A stretch of DNA of 32,000 nucleotides from an uncultured bacterium. GTDB taxonomy: Bacteria > Margulisbacteria > WOR-1 > CAVSGV01. Both the position numbers and the translations under genes were made by a program. This document shows, piece after piece, positions 16,833 to 26,500 of the stretch (position 1 is its first letter; each line of letters opens with the position of its first letter). The DNA is taken from the NCBI GenBank assembly GCA_963699255.1, contig OY969425.1:450001-482000 (forward strand). The letters run 5' to 3'. Below the pieces are notes generated by a model. It was given only the letters and a program-made list of their open reading frames with translations. It was not told the DNA's origin and did no database searches.

Positions 16833-18989
16833 TTATTGCGTCGCCGGCAGCTCTACTGTGAAAGTCGTTCCCTCGCCGACCTTGGACTTTATCTTGACTT
16901 CCCCTTTATGCTCCTCGACGATCCTGCGCGTTATTGCGAGCCCCAGTCCGGTGCCGCCTTCCTTTGTCGTGAAGAAAGGCGCGAAGAGCTTCTTCAGGTT
17001 CTCTTCGGAGATCCCGACCCCCGTGTCCTTGATGTCGATGCACACTTTTTTAATGAAGTCGTCCACGTAATAGGTCTTAACGGTAAGGGTGCCGCCGTTC
17101 GGCATTGCCTGGGCGCCGTTCATTATCAGGTTAAGGAATATCTGCATCATCTGCTGGGGATCCACGGTCACCATCGGGACCTCGCTGAATTCCTTGACGA
17201 CCTTCACGTTAAGCTTCTTGAAGGATATCTCGGATAGCCTTATGGTCTTATCAAGGATGTCGTTTATCTGCAGAGGTTCCTTGATGAGCTTTGCGGGCTT
17301 GGCGAAGGAAACAAGGTCATTGACTATCCTGTTAAGCCGATCAATCTCAGGAGGCACTATCTGCGTGAACTTCTCCCTGAACTCGCGGTCATCGTAGCGC
17401 TCCGCCATCATCTGGACGAATAGCTGAAGCGATGTGAGGGGGTTCCTGATCTCGTGCGCTATTCCCGCGGCCATTGTCCCCAGAGCGGCTAGCTTTTCCG
17501 ACTGCACCAGCTGGTCCTTTGTCTCTTTCAGCTCCTGGAATTGTTTCATCAGGTCGCTGTACATTATGGCGTTCTCCACCGCGACCGCGGCCTGGTTGGA
17601 CAGGGTGGAGAGGAGCTGGATGTCCTCGTTCGTGTACATGTCGCCCGATTTTTTCTCGCCGATGCAGAACACGGCTACAAGCTTGTTCCCTATATACTTG
17701 CCCCTGCTGATAGAGGGGACGCATATTTGGGCGTGGAGCTGTTCCATTTCCTTTTTGATGGCGTTCAGCCGTTTTCTTTCTTCAGGCAGGATCATTTTAT
17801 TTTCAAGGGTGTGCTTTATTTCGTCCTTAAGGAGTATTCTCTTGGCTGCGAACAGGTGCTTGAATAATTCATGGTTATCGCTCAAGGCAAGCCCGAGCAG
17901 TTCCTTGCTTTTTCCCGCGAACGCTTTTACAACGTAACGGTGGCCCGCTTCTTCATAAATCAATGCTGAGGCCTCCTCCAGGAACATGTCTCTGGCAAGT
18001 ATCCTTGTTGACAGCCTGATCAGCCGGTCGATATCGGTCAACAAGCTTAACGCCTCGCTTGATTTCTTCAAGGTGTTTTGATAATCGACTTTTTTCTTGA
18101 AGAAATATTCGTTGGTGATCTCGGTAATAAAACTTTCAAGGGGTTTATAGCCGACCGCGATCGCAAAAGCGGTGATGATAGTAGCAACCCACTGGTTTAT
18201 ACCAAGAGTCGACTGGAATAGATTTTGACCCAGGAATATCAAGAAAGAATAAACGCCGACAATAGCCGCCATGAGGGTTGAATAGATAATGCCTTTTTTG
18301 ATGACAACTTCTATGTCCATGAGGCGGTGACGGACAATGGCATAACCCATCATAATACTGTAAACAACGACTAAAAAATTATCTATTGGGGGAGTTTCAA
18401 TCTTAAACACTAAAAGTAAATAGAAAAGCGCGCCTATTATTACGGTTGAATATGCTATCAATAAGTACGTCAACTGTACTTTTTTAAATCCTTCGGATTG
18501 TTTTCTAGCTTTATATAATTCATATAACCCATAAAATGAGGCAATAGTAAAGAAAAGAATATAAATATACCAAAATGGCCCTGGGGATGCTATATACCTA
18601 AATGAAATCTTGTGTGTGACTTCGGGAATGTAGATTGATCTAAAAAAGAGATTTAAGATAACGAAAAAAAACGAACAAAAATATGAACTATATATTCTGT
18701 ACTTTAATTGTTTCGCTCTATTTATTATTATTAAAATTGAATGTAAAAAAGATGATGGTGCAAACGCAGCCCCAAGATATAAGAATTTATCAATTAATAT
18801 GTTAGTCCCAGCGTCTGTAAAAGTGCTTTCCATAAAACAGCCAGACACCCAAACAGCAATTGTTATGCTTAGCCAAAGAAATACTCTATTGATTGGTGAT
18901 TTCCAATTATAAAAAAACACAAAAACCCCGACACATAATACTGTCAGCCATGCTATCAACGAGGAAAGAGAATATAATGTAAAAATCAT
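16833..18989 (-). CDS. sensor histidine kinase (N-terminal 7TM sensor module, GAF-like, HisKA, HATPase_c)
   Basis: 718 aa with a polytopic N-terminal half. GAF-like CIGEKKSGDMYTNEDIQLLSTLSNQAAVAVENA. H-box AAGIAHEIRNPLTSL. N, G1 and G2 boxes: FLNLIMNGAQAM, DTGVGI, GGTGLGLAI. Confidence 0.9.
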   Translation of the reverse strand: MIFTLYSLSSLIAWLTVLCVGVFVFFYNWKSPINRVFLWLSITIAVWVSGCFMESTFTDAGTNILIDKFLYLGAAFAPSSFLHSILIIINRAKQLKYRIYSSYFCSFFFVILNLFFRSIYIPEVTHKISFRYIASPGPFWYIYILFFTIASFYGLYELYKARKQSEGFKKVQLTYLLIAYSTVIIGALFYLLLVFKIETPPIDNFLVVVYSIMMGYAIVRHRLMDIEVVIKKGIIYSTLMAAIVGVYSFLIFLGQNLFQSTLGINQWVATIITAFAIAVGYKPLESFITEITNEYFFKKKVDYQNTLKKSSEALSLLTDIDRLIRLSTRILARDMFLEEASALIYEEAGHRYVVKAFAGKSKELLGLALSDNHELFKHLFAAKRILLKDEIKHTLENKMILPEERKRLNAIKKEMEQLHAQICVPSISRGKYIGNKLVAVFCIGEKKSGDMYTNEDIQLLSTLSNQAAVAVENAIMYSDLMKQFQELKETKDQLVQSEKLAALGTMAAGIAHEIRNPLTSLQLFVQMMAERYDDREFREKFTQIVPPEIDRLNRIVNDLVSFAKPAKLIKEPLQINDILDKTIRLSEISFKKLNVKVVKEFSEVPMVTVDPQQMMQIFLNLIMNGAQAMPNGGTLTVKTYYVDDFIKKVCIDIKDTGVGISEENLKKLFAPFFTTKEGGTGLGLAITRRIVEEHKGEVKIKSKVGEGTTFTVELPATQ

Positions 18990-18990
18990 T

Positions 18991-20221
18991 TTATTGTTTT
19001 ACATCCCCTTTATTAATCAAGCCAAAATGCCTTGTTTTTGCGTATCGAATCAATTTTAAGAAATTGCCTGTATTTATTTCTGGGCAAGATGGAAGATAGG
19101 GTTTTTCGATATTTGACATATTTTTATTCGCAAAAGAAATATCGTCCATTACAAGATAAGGTGTATATATTTTTCCAACGCTCTTATAATATATTTTTTC
19201 AAGTTTGTTTTGGTCGGTTGGTTCCTTTTCTGTGAAACTGTATCCTGAAATATTCAACTCGTTTAATATTAATGATAGATATTTTGTGTGAGCGAATGTG
19301 CTTTTGTTAGCTATATGATAACTCTCTCCTGGTGCATTGTTAAAACATACTGAACAGATGAATTTGGCCGCATAATCGGCTGGCACGATATTTAGCCCCG
19401 TTTTTAGATTGCAGGTCACTCTTATATTTAGCTCAACATGGGTTTTATATAATGCAGCAAAATCATTAGTTTTATTCATTTTTTCTTTTAAGAAGAATGT
19501 TGCCCAGCCATAGAACAGATCATGGAATTTGTTAATGCTTCCTATTGGCTTTTCAATTAATCGCCCGCAAATCCCAACCGGCCTAAAGATTCTATATTTA
19601 ACTTTTTTAAATGAAAGAAATCTTCGGAAATTAATCTCCGCAAGAAGTTTGGATTCCTCGTAATAATTTCTGAAATTGCCTTTAGTAATAATATCGTCCG
19701 GATAGATTTCTTTTAAAGTTCCCCCAAATGAATATGCAGATCCAGTATAGATCGCCTCATTTGTATCTAATTTATCGATTAATTTAAGAATTCGATTGGT
19801 GCCCTCAATGTTAATATTCTCAAGCTTCTTTTTTGTTTGATTATCCAGCCGGAAGTCTGACAAAGAAGCGAAGTGAAAGAAATAATCTATCTTTTTAGAC
19901 TTTAATATATTCATACTATCTTGAGAAATATCCAGGATCTTCTTTAGCCAAGTCAAAAGAGATTGGAACAATGCATTTATCAATTTTGCTAATAATATCC
20001 TTTGAACTTTTTGGGTTTATTCCAATGTATTCATAGCCCTCATCAGAAAGTATGTTTTTGATTCGCTCGTAAAGTGACACTGTTTTATGAGACCTGCCAA
20101 GAATGAGAATCTGAATATTGCCCAGATTTTTTATGTTTTCCTTGAGGATTTCGAAAACTAAATTTCTCCCGAGTAATCCAGTTGCTCCGGTTATAGCGAT
20201 ACGCAAAATAATTACCCCCAA
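18991..20221 (-). pseudogene. thioester-reductase-like SDR (NAD_binding_4-type) split by a 1-nt frameshift
   Basis: Two overlapping ORFs in different frames. ORF 19916-20221 encodes (M)RIAITGATGLLGRNL...ISFDLAKED. ORF 18991-19983 encodes ...ISQDSMNILKSKKIDYFFHFASLSDF...NIEGTNRIL...YYEESK (YxxxK). Removing one base near 19936-19937 gives a continuous FDLAKEDLDISQDSMNIL. The stop at 18991 lies 1 nt from the HK start at 18989. Confidence 0.7.
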
Positions 20222-20227
20222 TTTTTG

Positions 20228-20237
20228 TTCGTTGATT
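20228..20237 (-). repeat. further copy of the AATCAACGAA core
   Basis: TTCGTTGATT on the plus strand is AATCAACGAA on the minus strand. It lies immediately upstream of the SDR pseudogene's 5' end. Confidence 0.5.
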
Positions 20238-20378
20238 TATTATCCCATACCCTTAAATCACTGTCAATTCTTCCTGTGCCTGTCGAAAAAATCAACTCCA
20301 GTGGACAAGGTTTGTTCTTAATATGCTTTAGTGATAAAATCACAGCCAAATGTTAATCAAAGCAGGTATTATAAATTT

Positions 20379-23222
20379 ATGAATTATTATTCAATTGCTC
20401 AACTGATCAATTTTTTTGCGCTTATGGGGTTAGGATTATTTGTCTTCTTTTATGACCACAGAAACCGGATAAATCAAACATACGCTTTAGTTAACTTTAG
20501 CTTGGCATTTTGGGGGTTATTTTATGTGTTTTGGCTCACTTCCTCTGATTATGATTCTGCTTTCATGTATCTTAAATGGCTAATGATATTTGCCGCGATA
20601 ATTCCTGTAACATTACTGCATTTTGTATTTAACTTTCTAAATATTAAAAAGTACAGAGATATAATCTTACCTGTTACATATTGCCTGGCTTTCATTTGTA
20701 TTGTTTTGGTTTGGCAAAACCTCTTTTTCGACGCAATGAAGCCAAAAATGGCTTTTAGGTTTTGGCCGGACGCCGGAAGATATTTTGTTTATTATCTTAT
20801 ATATTTTTATTATGGTGTTTTGACTTCTTTCTTTCTTTTGATGCGTGCATACTTCAAATCGAGCGGCCAAGAAAGAAATAAGCTCACATATTTTATTTTC
20901 GGCGCTCTTCTTGCTACAATAGGGGGATCTTTAAGTTTTCCATTATGGTATGATATAAATATTCCACCTTTCTTAAATTTATTTGTTTCGGTTTATGCAA
21001 TTGTTGTAGCTTATACAATACTCAAGCATCATCTCATGGGTATCGAAGTTATTCTTCGAAAAGGCCTGATATATTCAGTTATAACAGCGGTTTTCGTTTC
21101 GCTTTATTTCATATTGCTCCGATATTCTAATTTGCTGATTGTCGGAGGCCTTGTTCAGCCGCCATTAAAGATCGTGTATATTATTGCGGCTTTTAGTGCA
21201 ATGATCCTGCATTTCGTCTTAGGGATATTCGTTTTTTTAAACAACCCGCGCAAGCCTCTTAATAGGGTATTTTCACTATTAAGTTTATTTATTTTCGTTT
21301 GGATCGTTGGATGCTGTATTCAAACGGTAATAAAAGATACTTTTATAGCACTTATAACAGAAAAGATCGTTAGCAAGTTTTATGTGTTTACTCCAGCATT
21401 ATTTCTGCACACTTTTTATGAAATATTGCATATAAAACAAAAACGTCTTATATTGTTCAGCTATCTATTTGCTGGTCTTATATGTGTTTTATCATGCACC
21501 AAATTGTTTTTAATGGGTGTTTCATATAATTTTGGAGCAAGATATTTAACCGCCCCAGGGCCATTGTTTTTCCTTTTTCCGCTGTCAATCATAATTAATT
21601 CCTATTTTTCTTTGTCAGGGCTTCTGACAGTTAGGCGGCAAGCATCAGGGTATTATAAGATACAGTTGGATTATTTGTTATTAGCCGGCAGTTTAATTAT
21701 TATTGCCGTGTTTTTCTCCAATTTGCTCATTTACAATGTTGTTTTTACTCCATTTGATGAAATGCTGAATATTGCTTATGGTGTGACGATCGGCTACGCG
21801 ATCCTTCGACACCGATTAATGGACATTACCATAGTCATCCGCAAAGGATTAATATATTCCGTCCTTATCGGCTTTTTTACCGGACTTTATATCCTTATGC
21901 TCTACATTTTCAGCAGCCTTCTTGGCGGGATCGGAGCCAGAACATCGATCTATTTTTCGGCATTACTAATTATCTTTTTCGCGATCACCTTCCAGCCCCT
22001 CCGCGACAAAATACAGGAATTTATCGATAAGGTGTTTTTTCGAGGCAAATACGATTACCAGAAAACGCTTAAAGAATTGAGCCTTGCCGCCAGATCAATT
22101 GCTGGAATTGATGAATTGTTCGATAAAATTTTAACCGCCATCGTAAGCATCATTAAGCTAAAGAATGCCTCCATCTATATGGAGGACAAAAGGGCAGGGC
22201 AGTACATAGTCAGGAAATCGATCGGGATCGATATAAGAAGATCTGGTCTATCCCAAAACGACGATATCATCAGGCAGCTCATATCAAGGAAAGAAGCTAT
22301 CATGTATGACGAAACATCAAAAACTTCCGGGAATGTCGGAAGTTTCATGAGAGACACAGGCGCGGCAATAGTATTTCCGATGATAGCGAAAGATGAACTC
22401 GTCGGCTTCCTCTGCCTCGGAGAAAAGCTTTCCGGAGAGGTCTACAGCAACGAAGATATCGATCTGCTTACAACGCTCTGCAACCAGATGGGCGTGTCTA
22501 TCGAAAACGCTATGCTTTACGAAGATGCCATGGAAGCCCAGAAGCACTTATATCAGGCGGATAAACTTGCGACCGTCGGCGCGCTGGCTGCAGGGCTGGC
22601 CCATGAGATAAAAAACCCCATCGCGGCCATCAAAGGCTTTACGCAGGTCATTGATAGGGCGGTCAAGGAAAACGACCAGGAAACACTGAATGATTTCAAG
22701 GAAGTTGTCCCAAGACAGCTTGACCGTATCAATGAAATTGTTGAAAAACTCCTAACGCTAAGCAAGCCGCAGAGCCTTGTGAAGACCAAGGTTGACATCA
22801 ATAAGCTGCTTACTGACATTATTCGACTTGTTGAGAAGCAGGCGTTGAAACAAAAAGTGCAAATCATAAAAACCTTTGGTGATATCCCGCAGACTCTGGC
22901 CGATCCTCAGCAGCTTACCCAGGCATTTCTTAATCTGATACTGAATGCGATACAAGCTATGCCGGATGGCGGAGCGTTGGAGATCAGAACGAAATCCGTC
23001 GGCACAGATAGTATCCTTGTCGAGTTCATCGATAACGGAGTCGGCATCTCAAAGGACAAGCTGTCGCGTATTTTTGACCCCTTCTTTACCACAAAATCGG
23101 GAGGATCAGGTTTGGGACTCTCCGTAACCCGTAAGATAATACTTGACCATCATGGAAAGATCGAGGTTGAGTCCGAAGCAGGGAAATGGACGAAGTTTAC
23201 CGTAATGGTACCGGTTAGATAA
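20379..23222 (+). CDS. sensor histidine kinase with two tandem 7TM sensor modules, GAF-like, HisKA, HATPase_c
   Basis: H-box AAGLAHEIKNPIAAI, plus FLNLILNAIQAM, DNGVGI and GGSGLGLSV. The module signature appears twice: GLFVFFYDHRNRINQTY from 20433 and GIFVFLNNPRKPLNRVF from 21222. I prefer ATG 20379 over the track's GTG 20331 because TATTAT sits 6 nt upstream of it. Confidence 0.88.
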   Translation: MNYYSIAQLINFFALMGLGLFVFFYDHRNRINQTYALVNFSLAFWGLFYVFWLTSSDYDSAFMYLKWLMIFAAIIPVTLLHFVFNFLNIKKYRDIILPVTYCLAFICIVLVWQNLFFDAMKPKMAFRFWPDAGRYFVYYLIYFYYGVLTSFFLLMRAYFKSSGQERNKLTYFIFGALLATIGGSLSFPLWYDINIPPFLNLFVSVYAIVVAYTILKHHLMGIEVILRKGLIYSVITAVFVSLYFILLRYSNLLIVGGLVQPPLKIVYIIAAFSAMILHFVLGIFVFLNNPRKPLNRVFSLLSLFIFVWIVGCCIQTVIKDTFIALITEKIVSKFYVFTPALFLHTFYEILHIKQKRLILFSYLFAGLICVLSCTKLFLMGVSYNFGARYLTAPGPLFFLFPLSIIINSYFSLSGLLTVRRQASGYYKIQLDYLLLAGSLIIIAVFFSNLLIYNVVFTPFDEMLNIAYGVTIGYAILRHRLMDITIVIRKGLIYSVLIGFFTGLYILMLYIFSSLLGGIGARTSIYFSALLIIFFAITFQPLRDKIQEFIDKVFFRGKYDYQKTLKELSLAARSIAGIDELFDKILTAIVSIIKLKNASIYMEDKRAGQYIVRKSIGIDIRRSGLSQNDDIIRQLISRKEAIMYDETSKTSGNVGSFMRDTGAAIVFPMIAKDELVGFLCLGEKLSGEVYSNEDIDLLTTLCNQMGVSIENAMLYEDAMEAQKHLYQADKLATVGALAAGLAHEIKNPIAAIKGFTQVIDRAVKENDQETLNDFKEVVPRQLDRINEIVEKLLTLSKPQSLVKTKVDINKLLTDIIRLVEKQALKQKVQIIKTFGDIPQTLADPQQLTQAFLNLILNAIQAMPDGGALEIRTKSVGTDSILVEFIDNGVGISKDKLSRIFDPFFTTKSGGSGLGLSVTRKIILDHHGKIEVESEAGKWTKFTVMVPVR

Positions 23223-23225
23223 GCT

Positions 23226-23294
23226 ATCAACGGATATGGAAAACGGACCAACGGATAGGAACGCTATCAACGAATTAAGAACGAATCAACGAAT
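23226..23294 (+). repeat. array of seven direct RAACGRA units at about 10-nt phasing
   Basis: AACG starts at 23229, 23242, 23250, 23260, 23269, 23280 and 23288 (spacings 13, 8, 10, 9, 11, 8). ATCAACGAAT occurs at 23266-23275 and 23285-23294. The array begins 4 nt after the HK2 stop. Confidence 0.75.
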
Positions 23295-23319
23295 GGGGAT
23301 ACAAATATAAATATATGGT

Positions 23320-23354
23320 TGTCGACTTTATCGACACATACTGTCGATTTCGAC
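23320..23354. promoter_or_regulatory. two adjacent operator-like palindromes, TGTCGA-N5-TCGACA and TGTCGA-N2-TCGAC
   Basis: Site 1: TGTCGA 23320-23325 and TCGACA 23331-23336. Site 2: TGTCGA 23342-23347 and TCGAC 23350-23354. The centres are about 20-21 bp apart, and the pair lies about 170-200 nt upstream of the 23526 gene. Confidence 0.45.
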
Positions 23355-23525
23355 GACACTTTCACAAAAATGCAAATGCCAAGATAATGTTTTTGTTGTG
23401 ATAGAAGCAAATAATTATTAATTGAATTGGTAAGAATATTGCTATTTAGATATATATGTATTATTTGTTGTTTGTGGAGGGACTAATGCTTTTAAATCTG
23501 CATTTTAAGGATTGGAGAATATAAC

Positions 23526-26500
23526 ATGGCAAAACGAATGGTATTGTTTATATTGATTATAATTTCGATTTCTATAACCTGCTTTGCTGAAACACGTACA
23601 GTCACAAATACTGCGGATTCAGGAGCAGGATCCCTTAGAAGCGCGCTAAGTGCAGCAGTTTCAGGCGATACCGTAGAATTTAATATCCCAACAACAGATC
23701 CGGGCTATACAACAGAATCAGGCGCCAGCTGGTGGAGAATAAAAAATCAAAGCTCCTCCTATTTAGGAGTAAATGGCGGTGTTTCAGTATTAGGTTCTTC
23801 ACAAACTTCTAATCAAGGGGATACTAATACTTTTGGCCCAGAAATAGAGCTTACTACAACTGCAACGAATACATGTTGGTATGGATTTTCATTCAATGCG
23901 GACCACGTTACTATCGAAGGATTTACGATCACAAACTTTCCAAGACAGGGCATATCAATTAACGGGAATTATAGCCATATATATAATAATTATATTGGCA
24001 TTTCACCAAAAGGGGACAGGGCTGATCCTAACAGGCAGGGTATTGGACTATCTTGCGCTTATAACAGAATAAATAATAATGTTATTTCAGGTAATAATTG
24101 GGATGGTATTTACATGTACGGCACATCTAGCAATGAGATTGTCGGAAATTATATCGGAGTTGATCATTTGGGAACAGCTAAAATAGGAAATGCGATTGGA
24201 ATAAATATCGATATTTGTACAGTCCCAACAATAAACAATACAATTGAGAGCAATATTATTTCTGGGAATGGTGACGGGATATGGGCTGATGGAAATCATA
24301 GCGACCTATATGTTAACAATAACGTTATTTTAAATAATTATATTGGAACGGATAAGAACGGCACCCTTGAACTTGGCAATAATAACACAGGCATTTCATT
24401 TTACCATGGGCCTAATCATAATTTAATTAAAGGGAATGTTGTTTCAGATAACGGGTCTTATGGGATACGTTTTTATGACAGAATAAATTACAATCAGATC
24501 GTTTCAAACTATATTGGCACTGACAAATTTGGAACAGGTAATTTAGGGAATAGTTATCACGGAATATATATCGGTGATCCCGGATGGATTATTAATCCTT
24601 CAAGCTATAATACCATTGGTGGATCCGGAGTAGGCAACACAATTGCTTTTAACGGCAAAGCTGCGCCGGGATGTAACGGCATATGCATAGATGGCACAAA
24701 CAATGATGCTTTCAATAAAATCTCTTCAAACTCGATTTTTTCAAACAGCGGGCTTGGTATAGCGCTTAATAACTCTGCAAATCAGAATATAAATTATCCA
24801 TCAATTGTTTCTGCCGAATATAGTGAACTCACGGATCAAACAACAGTTTGCGGGACTGCTAGCATCAATAATATTATAGAGATATTTAAGGCTGAGCCGG
24901 ATCCTTCGGGATCAGGGGAAGGAAAAGTTTTTCTTGGATCAACCACAGCTGAATCCAATGGGAGCTGGTCGATAGCGGTAAGCGGACTAACGCCCAGTGA
25001 TGAGGTCACTTCTACAGCAACCGATAACATGGGAAACACTTCGGTATTCTCTCAAAACAAGCCGGTTGTCACAGCTGTATTTACCTATCGCCCAGATCTG
25101 GCTATCGCTACTTTGGAATCGGGATCCGATTACATTGGTGAGAATATTTCCGATCCAAGCGGGGAAGGTCAAACAATGGTTCAGTATTCTTATGCTAATC
25201 AGAAGAATATATTTTATGTTTTGCTCAATAATTCGGGAGCTTTAACCGATGATTTAATTGTTACGGGAGAATCGGGAGCAAGCGGATGGGATGTAAAATA
25301 CTTTGACGGAAAATCATCTTCAACCGAAATAACCTCACAGGTCACAAGCGGCGGATGGTCATCTGGTGATTTGGCCTCCGGAGTTAGCAGAGAGATCAGG
25401 GTTGAAATTGTACCCAGTGGAAGCGGCATTTCTACTGAAGATGTCATGATCACACTCACCTCATCAAATGACACTCAAAGAAAAGACGTTGTTAAAGCGG
25501 TTTCAGTTGTGGTCAATACTGCCCCTGCCATCTCACTGATACTGCCTAACGGAGGAGAAGCTCTATCAGGCGGGAACAATTATAATATTATTTGGAGTTG
25601 TACCGATCCGAATGGTTTCACTTCTGAGCCGATCTCAATATATTATTCAACTAATGAAGGAGCAAGTTATCTTAATGTGATCACTTCCGAATACGCGAAT
25701 AGTGGAAGCTATTCCTGGTTTGTCCCCCATATAAAAGCAACTAATGTGCGGATAAAGATCGTTGCGGAAAATCTTTTAGGCAATATTGCCTCAGATGAAA
25801 GCGACGCAAGCTTTACGATTTCGCCTTGTAAACCTTATGTTAATCCAGTTACATCTCCTACGAATATAATTCATCATACTATCACAGGGACCATGTCTGC
25901 TTATACCCTTGCAGTTAAAGTTAACGGGTCAACCTCTGGGGTTGAAACATGGCTATCAAGTTGCACATGGGAATATAATGCGTCACTTTCAAGCGGCGTC
26001 AATGATTTCAGCTTTCAGGCTGTGGACATTGCTTCTAACGAGAGCGATCCGCTTAATTTGTCGATATTGCTTCAGGGTTTGAGCTTTTCCTCCCCGGGAA
26101 CAGGGACTTCTACGATGATCCCAATCGGCGCTTCTACCATAGAGCCGACAATCTCTGCGACCGTATTTGCGAGTTCCGCAAATGATTTGCCCGGGCCGCC
26201 GCCATCAGGGGTTTTACTGTTTGGCAACGCGATCGATTTCATTTCAAATGTGTCGAGTTTTTCATTGCCAATATATATCACTATGCCTCTTTCAGGCGGG
26301 GTTGCTAATCCCATCCCATATTATTGGGACAATGGAACAAGCTCATGGAAAAACAGCGGGTTGAGCGTAACAAGTAAGACCAATTCTTCAATTACTTTTA
26401 CCACTAATCATCTTTCGATTTACGCGATATTTGGCGTAACTGGATTACTTTCGGGTGTAAGGGTATACCCAAGTCCTTATAAGATAGGCGACCCTCCGAA

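Noticed and set aside
23223-23525. A small RNA or tRNA gene in the 303-nt spacer.
   Set aside because: I see no tRNA-like cloverleaf elements (no GTTCRAnnC T-loop context) and no strong promoter + terminator pair. The recognisable content is the direct-repeat array and the two palindromes.
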